From: Octopus sinensis
Lineage: Eukaryota
DNA length: 64,000 nt
Direction of reading: 5' to 3'
Assembly (NCBI RefSeq): GCF_006345805.1
Contig: NC_043012.1
Span: 58,218,001 to 58,282,000, forward strand
Shown here: piece by piece, positions 11,940 through 24,798 of the stretch
How positions within the stretch are numbered: the stretch's first letter is position 1
Layout of the letters: each line of letters opens with the position of its first letter
Program-made: the position numbers and the translations under genes
Notes under the pieces: model-generated
Databases searched by the model: none
What the model saw: only the letters and a program-made list of their open reading frames with translations
What the model was told of the DNA's origin: nothing

Positions 11940-13140
11940 TCAGGTCATTAAGAATGAAGTGTGCGATTTTCTCATGCACCAAGTTTGACAGTCGTTAACT
12001 CTAATGTTTTATCCTGACAATTCTTTGTTTTACAACATTGAAGAGTTACATCATCACTTTTCGAAATGCAATTCATTGTGTCTGATTATATTGTGAGTTT
12101 TTTTGTTTTTTGTAAATCAGTTTTTGTGAACACATGAATAAATGTAAACTCCGTGTTGTTTATGAATATAAGTTCCGTAATGGAACCAATGCATCCCAGA
12201 CAGCTCGAAACATCAATGAAGACTTTGGTTAAGATGTGGCAAATGAGCACACAGTATGTCGATGGTTTGAGAAGTACCTGTCTGGTGACTGTACTCTTGA
12301 AAATCAAACCCGTGGTAGACCTGAGACCAAGGTGGATAATTATGAGCAGGAAATTGTAGTGGAAGCGGATACATCGCAAACTACGCGTGTGTTAGCAGCA
12401 AGGTTTGATGCTTCGATTCAAACTGTATTGGACCATCTGAAACAGATCGGCAAAGTAAAGAAGCTGGACAAGTGGGCACCACACGAACTGAATGAGCATC
12501 AAATGACACATCATCTTGAAACTTGCTGCTCTTTGTTGTCACGGCATAAAAGCGAACCATTTTTGCATCGTATTGTCACATGTAGTGAGAAATGGATTCC
12601 TTTCAACAATAGCAAGCGTTCTGCGCCGTGGTTGGATAGAGAAGAAGTGCCAAAACACAATCCAAAAAAGATTATTCACCAAATACGTATACATCAAGCA
12701 AGTATGAAATGATGAGTGAACTTGCAATTAAACACCCGTGATTAGTCAATAGAAACAGGCCAATTCTCTTGCAAGAGAATGCTCGACCACATGTTGCGCA
12801 AAGAATGCTACTCGAGTTATAGGACCTGAACTTGGAAGTACTCTGTCATCTACCATGTTCACCAGACCTTGCACCAATTGACTATCATGTTTTCCAGGCA
12901 ATAAACAACTTTTTGCAAGGAAAAAGCTTCAAATCTGAAGAAGATGCAAAAACAGTCTTTCGTGATTTCATCACCCCCTGCTCTCCAGAACTCTTCGCTG
13001 CCACCATGAATAAGCTACCGATAAAATGGCAAAATTGTGTTGATAATTTAGGTGCATTCTTTGATTAACTGCATTGCTTTTTGTTGAGATAAAGTAAAAT
13101 AAACTTTCAGTACAAAATCGGACATTTCATTCTTAATATG
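11940..13140 (+). mobile_element. Mariner (DD34D) transposon with TIRs, defective (internal deletion, stops)
   Basis: TIR ATTAAGAATGAA.TGT.CGATTTT at 11947-11970 and inverted at 13114-13137; translation LDKWAPHEL, LHRIVTCSEKW, ILLQENARPH, CSPDLAPIDYHVF. Confidence 0.93.
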
Positions 13141-13297
13141 TACAAGCGAGCATGTATGTGTGCCAGCGAAACGCATTTGAGGGTGTGTGTATGTGTGTCT
13201 GAGAGAGAGAGAGAGAGAGAGAGAGATAGTGAAAGAGGGAGAAAGGCAGTGCATATATTCTTTTACTTTGATTCTTTTATTCCTTTATTCTTTTATT

Positions 13298-13707
13298 CTT
13301 TTACTTGTTTCAGTCATTTGACTACGGCCATACTGGAACACCACCTTGAAGGGTTTTGGCAGAGCAAATCGACTCCAGGACTTTCTTAAAACCTAGTATC
13401 TATTCTATCAATCTCCTTTGCCGAACTCCTGAGTTAAGAGGACGTAAACACATCACACCGGTTGTGAAGCGGTGATGGTGGGCGGGGAAACAAACACAGA
13501 CATCTGCACACACACACTCACACACATAAGTATATACATATATACGACGGGAGTCTTTCAGTTTCCATCTACCAAATACACTCATAAGCCTTTGCTCGGT
13601 CCGAGACTTTAGTACAAAACACTGGCCCAAGGTGCCATGCAGTAGGAACGAACCCAGAAGCACGTGGTTGGGAAGCAAGCTTCTTACCACACAGCCACGC
13701 CTGCGTC
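13298..13707 (-). mobile_element. tRNA-derived SINE type 1, full length
   Basis: Pol III A-box-like GTGGCTGTGTGG head, CORE-like GGCACCTTGGGCCAG, internal CA/TA tract, common 3' end. Confidence 0.9.
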
Positions 13708-14039
13708 AATATTACATCAATATCATCAGTCTCCTCTGAATTTCACGCTTAACTGCGTAGTTTCCGACTGTGGAGACAGGAGAAACATTTTATAATTATA
13801 AGAAGTTATATGATGTTGCACTGGGACTCCGGCGTACGGTTCCACAGCAGAAACAGCTATAATTTAATCAAAGTAATTAAGTGATGACTGTTCTTTTGTC
13901 TTTCGTTAATTAATTAATATTCCGCTGTGTACTGATATGCAGGCTTACTGCAAAATGTAAGTATATTGAGTTCCAATAACTTGCTCTTGTTACACTTAAT
14001 CGAAATCGTTAAATATATAGATGTGTGTGTGTGTGTGTG

Positions 14040-14070
<31 letters not shown>

Positions 14071-14071
<1 letters not shown>

Positions 14072-14240
14072 CTTTGTGTCTGACAACCAATGTTGGTGTT
14101 TATATTCCCGTAAGTTAACAGTTGTGAATTAGATACTGATGGAATAAGTACCTGGCTTTGAACAAAGTACCGGAGTCGATTCATTTGACTAAAGATTGTT
14201 CAAGGAGGTGCTCCAGCTTAGCCGCAAGCTAACGACAGAA
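14071..14240 (+). mobile_element. SINE type 1, 3' half
   Basis: Similarity to 3' half of full copies. Confidence 0.75.
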
Positions 14241-14280
14241 ACACACACACACACACACATACACACACATATATATATAT

Positions 14281-14575
14281 GGTGAAGGATCCTTTCGATT
14301 ATAAATGACCATGGTATTAGACCTACAAAGTTCCCTTTCGAGGCACAAGTCTGGACAAGGTTGTTTATGGAAGACCAGCAGTGGCCCATGGATACCAGCC
14401 AATCTCCACGGCGCTGATGTTATCCAAAGGGAAAGGCAAAGGTCGATACAACTTCTCACCTGTGACATCGCAACTCATTTCTACAGCAGAGTGAAGTGGA
14501 GCAACGTAATATAAATTGTCATGTTAAGCGACGCAACACCACAGCCCAGACCAGGAATCGAGCTCACAGCATCAT
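14281..14575 (-). mobile_element. tRNA-derived SINE type 2, degenerate
   Basis: Similar to 52016-52354 (TTATCCAAGGGAAAGGCAAAGGTCGATAC, GGAGCAACGT, GGAATCGAGCTCAC). Confidence 0.8.
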
Positions 14576-14688
14576 CTTTGCATAAAATTCCAGGATTCGA
14601 GAAAACCAGGTATTTGAATAGTGAATGCACGAAAGTAGTGTCGACAACACCACGATTGAGTACGAACAATGCATAACGATAGACATAC

Positions 14689-14850
14689 GTCATCCCTAAA
14701 GTAAATACGGATTTGTTCCTGCGTTCACAAGTGGGTGGTTGAACACACAATGTGTCATCAAAGGCACACACGGGTTCACACACTGTACTCGTTGCACCGT
14801 CGTAGATAGATTCCAGAACTAAATTTATTGAAGGTTCAGGGAAGTGTATC
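14689..14850 (-). CDS. Candidate internal coding exon of an unidentified gene (54 codons, Cys-containing)
   Basis: AG acceptor at 14852-14851, GTATGT donor at 14688-14683, length 162 nt, open frame IHFPEPSINLVLESIYDGATSTVCEPVCAFDDTLCVQPPTCERRNKSVFTLGM; no homology recognised. Confidence 0.3.
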
Positions 14851-14917
14851 CTATCCGCGTAAGGATTTGAAGTAGTTTGTTACATTTGAATAACGTGCTC
14901 TGTCTCGTAGCGTAACA

Positions 14918-14919
<2 letters not shown>

Positions 14920-14983
<64 letters not shown>

Positions 14984-15008
14984 ATACATATATATATATA
15001 TATATTAT

Positions 15009-15101
<93 letters not shown>

Positions 15102-15125
15102 ACATATATATATACATATATGTAT
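14920..15125. repeat. (AT)n microsatellite
   Basis: Directly visible. Confidence 0.97.
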
Positions 15126-16384
15126 ATATATGCTTATGACAAATACACACACATACATACTCACAGACGAAAACATACTCACAAATATATATGTATATCT
15201 ATGTATATGTCACTGATCGGTAACATCTATATAACGTATCTATACTCAAGATGCTACACTTTTTTTGTTTTCGTTTTTGTTGTTTTTGACAGAGAAACTG
15301 GTAAAACATCTACAAGCAGGAATCAGACTTATATTGCTCACACCTACCATATTGGTATTGTTATCTTTCAGATAGAATTTCTGGAACATTGTTCGAAAGT
15401 GTTTATTTCGTAAATTATTTTACTCCGAGACAAAAGAAACAGCGTGTGGCTTGATGTGATATTTATAATCGATAGCAAAGATAATCTTTATTTTCGATCT
15501 CTGAATTACATCCTGTGTCCATTAAGTCGATTCTTTTTTTTTTTTTATTGAATACTGACAAGAGAATTATGGGTAGGAAAATGACAATATCTTTTTCCCC
15601 CTCCAGCAATACACTCTTAACACTCAAGTGTATCATTATACCAAGAGTTGAAAATAAAGATTGAGTTGGCCATTATGCGGAAATATCCGATTTTGTACGA
15701 CGCGACAATTTCAGAGATAATCACGGGGTACAATAAACATTGTAGTTTCTGTTGCTTAGACTTAGTTTAGCCTTCATTAAACAGGTCTATGATTAACGGC
15801 TTCCGAACCGTGACCATTTCACCTTTTATTCAGTTTATATCCCGGATAACTTTTTTCATTTAAGATGGTAAAGTTTTTTTTTTTCTATTGTTGTATCATT
15901 ATAACGATTTGCCTGCTATTTCTTGCTGGGAAGACTATTACACAGACGATGTAAAGGATTAAATTAGTTATAAGTTTTACAATGTAAAAGTAATAACGAA
16001 GTAAACATTTGTCTTTATTTTGCTTTATTCTGTTGAGGTTAATATACCTCATCATTATGGGAACGACACAGAATGTTTATCAATGGGTTCGGGAAGTGCG
16101 AATGGGAGGAGAGGCTGAAGGAAGGAAGGGAAAGAACATACACGGGAGGCGAAGGGATGATAGTGAATACAGGGCACTAGCGGGGTGGGGATGAAATATA
16201 GGGGCTTGAAATCAGAGGTAGAATTGTGTTACTTATTTTTAATTTGACATGGATTGATATCTTCCTTTTGTGTCTTTTCAGGTGACTCTTGAAGGGTATT
16301 CGAAGTATTACGATTCCAAGTCGCTTTCCAAGACTTGGCAATTGTTAATGAGAAGACTAATTTGAAGCTGCGCGAGTAAACAAG

Positions 16385-16580
16385 GGAAAGAGGACAGCGC
16401 CAAGAGGACATGAGATCAAATCTCTACTTGAAGGCTCGTCATTCTAGAACCACCAGTTTCATACCGGTACGCCGCCAATCTCCACTGTTACTGGCAACTG
16501 CTTCCCAATTGCTAATATTGATGTTGCAGGCCTTCATGTCCCTTTTGCAAACATCCTTGTAACGTAAGGTCCCTGTATGA
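16385..16580 (-). mobile_element. RTE-clade LINE 3' fragment
   Basis: Translation LRYKDVCKRDMKACNINISNWEAVASNSGDWRR, typical RTE C-terminal motif. Confidence 0.8.
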
Positions 16581-17639
16581 AGATCAGTGGTTAAAAAAAA
16601 TAAACATATAAAACAAACATAGAAAAAAATGAAAAATCTAATAATAATTTAATATATATATATACACGCCTACATAAATACATACTTGCATTGCATACGT
16701 ATATGTATATATATGTATATATACATTATACACATATATGCAGACATATATCTTAAAGCTATGAAAGTGTTTAAGTATTTCAGTACATTTGTAGACCTTT
16801 GAAAAACACGAGTATAATGATTCACTTGTAAAATTGTATTCTAATAAATTATATAAATAAATATACATTCACCATTTTCAAATGCTTTCATCTTAGTTTT
16901 TTTTTTTTCGCATCGTAGACTTGTTATTTATTCCAGAATTGTAATACATACACGTACATACATACTCACACACACACATGCTCGACCGCGAGCACACACA
17001 TAAGCATGGATATATAATTGGCCAATTTGTGTATAATTCATATCACGACATTACAGGGAAACAACAAATGACTTTATAAGTACCCCCTGAAACATAATAC
17101 ATAATGTTATGGTCGTTGAGTGTAAATATTTCGTTGTCTGCTCTACAGAAGGAAATATACGATTATAATTTTTCGGACTATTAACTTCATCTTCATATTA
17201 CAATAATTTTAAAGTATACTGTTTGATGCAAACGTTCAGCTAGTTTATAGCTTGCATTTAGTCATCAGCAGAGCAAGAGAGAGTGGAGAGTGGAAGCTCA
17301 TTGCATTAGTATAATGTCTACGAAAAAGAAAACAAGGCCTGTTCTAAAATGACGGAAATGAAATACATTCTGTTATTCTATAATTGCTTTCAGTCGGAGA
17401 GGTTGGCCATGCTGGAGCACCACCATTAGCCATAATGCTTGCTTCTTTTTGATTCACTTCTCACAGGCATTCTCGCCGGGGTCAGGGCTGGCAATGTAGT
17501 GAGTTGGACAGAGGTACATGCAATGTTGTAGGTTCATATTTAGTGGCTTGTTTGAGTATTTTAGCTCTTATTTCTATGAAGCTGGTATATCGTATACGCT
17601 CTATTATAATTATTTATTAATTATAAAATTATATATATA

Positions 17640-17818
17640 CACACACTTTTTTTTCTCTCTCCTTGTTTCTCTCCTTGTTTTTACTATGTACCTTTCTGTA
17701 GAAGAGCATAGGCTCGAAACGTAAAAGATTTTTCAATTCCTGAGCGTTATACTAATACATCTGTTTGTTTTGTACACCACCTGTCTTCGTCTTTTTTTTT
17801 TTTCGTGAACTCTTCCCC

Positions 17819-17820
<2 letters not shown>
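17640..17820 (+). mobile_element. Penelope-type terminal-repeat (pLTR-like) fragment with degenerate hammerhead motif
   Basis: Same ~180-bp repeat at 58650-58830 (+) and 45190-45340 (-); contains GAAGAGC-N4-GCTCGAAACGTA. Confidence 0.6.
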
Positions 17821-17851
<31 letters not shown>

Positions 17852-17859
17852 TATATATA

Positions 17860-18062
17860 TACGAAGGGCTACTGAAAGTGCCTGGCTTTAAGGGGATCGT
17901 GAAAGGGTATCCGAGTTCTTATACAAGGCTTAGAAAACTGAAGGACCGCTACAGTAGGTGTGTGAACCTGAGAGAGGAAAATGTTGAATAAAATCATAAT
18001 TAGCTGTTCCTCCTGTATTTTCTTTTACCTAAAACCAGAAAGTTTCCAGTCCGTTTTCATAT
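17860..18062 (+). mobile_element. Internally deleted mariner (MITE-sized)
   Basis: TACGAAGGGCTACTGAAAGTGCCTGGCTTT with diverged inverted copy at 18031-18062; internal C-terminal peptide YTRLRKLKDRYSRCVNLREENVE*. Confidence 0.65.
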
Positions 18063-19140
18063 ATATTACTGCATATCTTCTGCGTCTTCTCTCCTGGGAG
18101 TCGTTGTTTATGAGATTGTAATTCTTCAAAACTTAACATCGTGATAAGACAGGTTTGATAGATGTTTTAAACACTACATCCTGACTAGTTTGTCGACCGG
18201 TCTTCTTCACTTAATCTACCTTAGTACATAACAGGGTTCGAACCAAGAACATAAGGTTAATAAATTAGTTTAAAAACGTTAACGTTGTTATCGACTGAGC
18301 CACGGATACATATGCAACTTCTCTCAATTATAATGTTAGCTCAACCTAATCTTTGACATTCCGAAAGACATACATTACACAAACACTCGTCAAACACACC
18401 TTCTCTCTGAATGTCTTTCAACGATCATGGTACTTTGAATTTAGGCTGAAACTCTGATTGAATCGACTTATGATTGAACATAATCCAGCCGTGACATTCC
18501 ATAATGTACGAATAAGTTATTTCATGTGTACTCTTTTCTTTCCTATACTTTTTATTGCTACAATGCGGTAGGATGTGATTTGATGGAGACATACTTAGCT
18601 GCTATTTCTTGCAATTCTCGTGATTGCTTAGAGGTTACTTCATTGACTCTAAGTATTTATTGTATTATTCGGGTTGTTAGGACATGCGTTTGAATGTTAC
18701 GCTTAACTAGGAGACTAAGTCGGAGAGATAATCATTGTTGTAAAATAATGCAACAAATTCGAGTATTTCGCTTTAAACAAACATAACTATGGAATATAAT
18801 TGACATCATTCTTAAAATGATTAAAATTGCGGAAAAAGGTTCAGTCTATATGTCTTTGCGTGCAATGTCTACATAGATTGGTGATAACAGGCCCCTTGTC
18901 AAAGGCTGTAGTTTCATGATCTTTCCTGGAAAATACAGAGGTGGATTCAACCTGCTAGTCTCCTGTCCTACCGGTCTTAGCAATGAAACTCAGAGCCTCT
19001 TCATTCCTCGAGGATGCTTGTTCATATCACATTATTGTCGGGTATAATTCTAGGAGCTAGCGTTCTGACATTTCTTCTCTACCCCAGCCGCAATATCATC
19101 AACTATTGGACCCATAACTAAACTCCTTTTAAAGGTACTA

Positions 19141-21036
19141 ATTCCCTTGACCCAAGCGGATTAGGTAGAAGTGGTAACTTAAGAAGAATGTAATGTCATA
19201 CTTCGTTAAATCTTCTTAAAACCATAGCTGAAGCCACATCAGCAAATACGGTTTTACGTGTTGCCCAGGAGAAAATTGAGTGTCAGAACGTAACCAAGCT
19301 TCAGTATTCTTTAATTCCCTGGACCCAGCGGATTAGGTAGAAGTGGTAACTTAAGAAGAATGTAATGTCATACTTCGTTAAATCTTCTTAAAACCATAGC
19401 TGAAGCCACATCAGCAAATACGGTTTTACGTGTTGCCAGGAGAAAATTGAGTGTCAGAACGTAACCAAGCTTCAGTATTCTTTAATTCCCTGGACCCAAG
19501 CGGATTAGGTAGAAGTGGTAACTTAAGAAGAATGTAATGTCATACTTCTTTAAATCTTCTTAAAACCATAGCTGAAGCCACATCAGCAAATACGGTTTTA
19601 CGTGTTGCCCAGGAGAAAATTGAGTGTCAGACGTAACCAAGCTTCAGTATTCTTTAATTCCTGGACCCAAGCGGATTAGGTAGAAGTGGTAACTTAAGAA
19701 GAATGTAATGTCATACTTCGTTAAATCTCTTCTAAACCATAGCTGAAGCCACATCAGCAAATACGGTTTTACGTGTTGCCCAGGAGAAAATTGAGTGTCA
19801 GAACGTAACCAAGCTTCAGTATTCTTTAATTCCCTGGACCCAAGCGGATTAGGTAGAAGTGGTAACTTAAGAAGAATGTAATGTCATACTTCTTTAAATC
19901 TTCTTAAAACCATAGCTGAAGCCACATCAGCAAATACGGTTTTACGTGTTGCCCAGGAGAAAATTGAGTGTCAGAACGTAACCAAGCTTCAGTATTCTTT
20001 AATTCCCTGGACCCAAGCGGATTAGGTAGAAGTGGTAACTTAAGAAGAATGTAATGTCATACTTCTTTAAATCTTCTTAAAACCATAGCTGAAGCCACAT
20101 CAGCAAATACGGTTTTACGTGTTGCCCAGGAGAAAATTGAGTGTCAGAACGTAACCAAGCTTCAGTATTCTTTAATTCCCTGGACCCAAGCGGATTAGGT
20201 AGAAGTGGTAACTTAGAAGAATGTAATGTCATACTTCTTTAAATCTTCTTAAAACCATAGCTGAAGCCACATCAGCAAATACGGTTTTACGTGTTGCCCA
20301 GGAAAAATTGAGTGTCAGAACGTAACCAAGCTTCAGTATTCTTTAATTCCCTGGACCCAAGCGGATTAGGTAGAAGTGGTAACTTAAGAAGAATGTAATG
20401 TCATACTTCTTTAAATCTTCTTAAAACCATAGCTGAAGCCACATCAGCAAATACGGTTTTACGTGTTGCCCAGGAGAAAATTGAGTGTCAGAACGTAACC
20501 AAGCTTCAGTATTCTTTAATTCCCTGGACCCAAGCGGATTAGGTAGAAGTGGTAACTTAAGAAGAATGTAATGTCATACTTCTTTAAATCTTCTTAAAAC
20601 CATAGCTGAAGCCACATCAGCAAATACGGTTTTACGTGTTGCCCAGGAGAAAATTGAGTGTCAGAACGTAACCAAGCTTCAGTATTCTTTAATTCCCTGG
20701 ACCCAAGCGGATTAGGTAGAAGTGGTAACTTAAGAAGAATGTAATGTCATACTTCTTTAAATCTTCTTAAAACCATAGCTGAAGCCACATCAGCAAATAC
20801 GGTTTTACGTGTTGCCCAGGAGAAAATTGAGTGTCAGAACGTAACCAAGCTTCAGTATTCTTTAATTCCCTGGACCCAAGCGGATTAGGTAGAAGTGGTA
20901 ACTTAAGAAGAATGTAATGTCATACTTCTTTAAATCTTCTTAAAACCATAGCTGAAGCCACATCAGCAAATACGGTTTTACGTGTTGCCCAGGAGAAAAT
21001 TGAGTGTCAGAACGTAACCAAGCTTCAGTATTCTTT
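19141..21036. repeat. Tandem array, 11 copies of a 173-bp unit
   Basis: Unit starts at ~19141, 19315, 19486, 19658, 19830, 20003, 20176, 20347, 20520, 20693, 20866; near-identical units. Confidence 0.97.
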
Positions 21037-21461
21037 TACTTGTTTCAGTCTTTTGACTGCGGCCATGCTGGAGCACTGCCTTAGTCGAGCAAATCGACCC
21101 CAGGACTTATTCTTTGTAAGCCTAGTACTTATTCTATCGGTCTCTTTTGCCGAACCGCTATATTGCGGGGACGTAAACACACCAGCATCGGTTGTCAAGC
21201 GATGTTGGGGGGACTAACACAGACACACGAACGTGTACGCACACACACACACACACCATATATACACACATATATATATATATATACATATATATATACG
21301 ACGGGCTTCTTTCAGTTTCCGCCTATCAAATCCACTCACAAGGCTTAGGTCTGCCCGAGGCTATAGTAGAAGACACTTTTCCAAGGTGCCACGCAGTGGG
21401 ACTGAACCCGGAACCATGTGGTTCGTAAGCAAGCTACTTACCACACAGCCACTCCTACGCC
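21033..21461 (-). mobile_element. tRNA-derived SINE type 1, full length
   Basis: Head GGCGTAGGAGTGGCTGTGTGGTAAG, B-box-like GGTTCAGTCCC, CORE-like GGCACCTTGG. Confidence 0.93.
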
Positions 21462-21489
21462 AGCTCACCGTTTTCAGTTCCTCAGTTAT

Positions 21490-21698
21490 AATTCTGTCTG
21501 CTATAGACACAAGGCCTGAAATGTGGGGAGGAGATTGGTCGATTACATCAATCCCAGTGCTCACCTGGCACATATTCCATTGTTCCCGAAAGGATGAAAG
21601 GCAAAATAGATCGAGCTGGAATTTGAACTTAACAAGTAGGAAAGAATGGCGCTAAACGTTTCTTCTGGCGTGCTAACGATTTTATTAGCTCACCGTCT
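21490..21698 (-). mobile_element. SINE type 4 (GGCGAGCTGGCAGAA head), degenerate
   Basis: Reverse-complement similarity to 35867-36045. Confidence 0.65.
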
Positions 21699-23227
21699 TT
21701 AGTTCTCTAGCAATGATAATTAATACATACAAGAACTACTGTTAGTAATTATAATATCCTTTATGTATTTAGTAATAATACATTAAACTAGAATATTGTT
21801 TATGTCTAACTGTTAGCTTTATTCCGAATGTATGATTCTACTTCTAAATGATATTGCTAGACGTGTAGATTATCATAAAATGTTAAAACTTATTTACATT
21901 GATGCGCCGAATATAATTAGTTTTCTATCCTCGTTTTCCGAGACGTAGAGATTAATTAGCAGATAGTGATGCATCATTATATCCTTGTTTTAATGCAAAC
22001 ATCTGCGTCGATATTTTTCTATTAGATGGAATTAATGTCATCTGGACAAGTATTTTTTCCAATTTATACAGATATGTCAGAATTTCTCTATCGCTGATCC
22101 ACATTGCTGTCGATGTGTTTGTAGTTTAGCCCCAAGATGAGTCGATTTCTAATTAACCAGATCTATGATCCAAAACTTCCCGTTGATGTCCATCACGTCT
22201 CTAGGGAGACTATAATACCGGACTGTTTTATCCAATGAAGTATTTGTTTTTATGCGGTGTTTTGAAGGACATTTAGATGAATAGCCAGTCATTAGACACA
22301 GAGGCTTTTAATTCAAATCGTGGGTGGCCGTGTCAGTCAGATGAACAACTAATTTAGCCAGCTGTGAAGTGGATGTTTTGTGAATGAACGCCTACATTAG
22401 ATTTTCAAGTCCTTGACAAAGAATACTTAACTATGAGCTATCAAGCTTCATCTATACCTGATCGCTACAGCGCGTTGCACCAGTATGTTTCTGTTACCGG
22501 CAAAAAGTGTCGCTGGCTCATCTCGCCCCATAAACTATCTTTCCTTGCCATCTGTAATCCCTCGATTATAAGTAAGTGTAAAATACGTGTTATTCATTGG
22601 GTTTCATCACACAGTTCAGTTACTCTTGCGATAAACTAGCTTCGATCTTTAATAGCACTGATTTTGCTTATCGATTTGTTTCTCAGTCAGTATATTGCAT
22701 TGAGCAATTAGAGATGAGTAAAAGCACCATACCTCTAAAACGTGACAATCCGTACAAGATCAGACAGTCAAGTTAATTAGGACTCAAATATATTGTAGCG
22801 AATTTAGAATGTAAATCTGCTACTAACAGGGTGACGAACTGTTCATAGCCTATCACAGAAGCAGAAAGTAGATTTTATTCTAGAGGCCAAGTCACTTAGC
22901 TCTCAAGGAGCTCGGAACTTTTGTCTAGAAATATGATCCATGGTTGGGAGAATTTATCACTTTAAGTTTCAAGAGGATCGTTTTAATTAATGAAGATTTC
23001 GAAAGCCTAGATTTGATGAGTTCAAATTCATACATTCATACATAAGTGCCTCTTGGAGTGATATACGTTCTGCATGGTTGGCGTCTTCTTTGTTCCTGAT
23101 AGGAGGACAATTCTTCGAGTGTTTTCAATTCTTCTTCTTCTTCTTCTTCTTCTTCTTCTTCTTCTTCTTCTTCTTCTTCCTCCTCCTCCTCCTTTACAAT
23201 TTCACATTAAACAAAATCAAAAACAAA

Positions 23228-23270
<43 letters not shown>

Positions 23271-23371
23271 ATACATATATACATACATACTCATATATAT
23301 CCATGTCTATCTATATATATCTAATGAGAGAGTGAGACAATGAGAAGAGAAAGTGAAACAGGGAGAGAGAG

Positions 23372-23409
<38 letters not shown>

Positions 23410-24525
23410 AACGAATGGAGGAACATCACCCTTGTTGCAATCAGTTCTCTTGGATGAGAATGTTAACCATTATTGACTGAATATTAACCAGCATTATCGA
23501 TCAAAAGCGATTTCCTATTAATGCCGCTTATAACATTCGCTTGGATTTTGATCAATGTTATAAAATAAAAATTCTCTATCACAATTTCAGAGTTTACAAC
23601 AGACAGAAACCGCGAGAAACCAATGGATTCTAATTATCATAGGTGGAACCCTTTGTCAAAAGAAAGAAGAAAAGAAAGAAAGAAAAAAAAACGAAATAAA
23701 TAAATAAATGATAGTCAAACCTTACTACAGTAATGACCAAAGTATTGTTAAATGATGTAACGTGTCTCACCGTGATTTATTCTATCGTTATTTAAGTATC
23801 AATAATTCTAAGTTTAATTGGTAATTAATTAGTCTGTTTATATCCTCTCTGTAATTGAGAAATGCTTGGCCAGAAATAGGTTACAAATATAGCGCAGAAT
23901 GGAATTATTGAAGCACCGTTTCTAATAAATTCACTGCGGTAAATACACCTTCACACAAATCCATACTATCTCCCTCTGTCACTGTTGTGCTCTTTCCTTG
24001 CCCTTCTCCCTCTATCTGTCTCTCTCTATCGCTCTCTCTCTCTCTCTCTTTCACACACGCACATACACGCGCGAGTGGTACGCACGGACACACAAACGTA
24101 GAAGTGCTTGTATGTAGAGTGACATGTATAACACGTAATGTAATTTTAAATGCAAGGGTAGCGCTACAAATGATGCACATTGTATATCCATACATGGATA
24201 CATGCACCCTCAAGCTTATTTACTCATATACTTGCCTACATGTCCCTGTGTGTGTATACATGTGTGGACACGTGTGCTTCTGTACATCTATGCACACACA
24301 CACACTCATATATATATATATATATATGTGTGTATGCATATATGTATGCATGCATGTATAAATTATATATTTGTTTATAGATGTGTGAATATATGCATAT
24401 ATATATATATATATGTGTGTGTGTGGTGTGTGGTGTGTGTGTGTGTGTGAGTGTGTGTGTGTATAATATATGTCTATATATATGCATATGTATTTACATA
24501 TATGTGTATATATGTGCATATAGGT

Positions 24526-24561
<36 letters not shown>

Positions 24562-24613
24562 CATGCATATATATACATATATCTGCATGTCTATATATAC
24601 ACACATACATATG

Positions 24614-24654
<41 letters not shown>

Positions 24655-24749
24655 AAGTGGGTGTTTATGCATATATGTATGCAAGCATATATAAATTGTA
24701 TATTGTGTATTTATTGATGTGTGTATATATATGTACATATATATATATG

Positions 24750-24798
<49 letters not shown>

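Noticed and set aside
11940-13140. Active or domesticated (SETMAR-like) mariner
   Set aside because: Stops, an internal deletion and altered catalytic residues (TCSEKW, QENARPH); no SET domain nearby.
16282-16375. Plus-strand exon after a strong TTTTCAG acceptor with an in-frame TGA (selenocysteine idea)
   Set aside because: All three frames contain stops, the donor is weak, and there is no SECIS or selenoprotein motif; it adjoins an RTE 3' end.
18840-19140. Possible decayed LINE RT adjoining the 173-bp array
   Set aside because: Only scattered 3-5 residue resemblances across frames; not supportable without alignment.
19141-21036. CRISPR array interpretation of the tandem repeat
   Set aside because: Whole 173-bp units are near-identical, there are no unique spacers or cas genes, and the context is eukaryotic.
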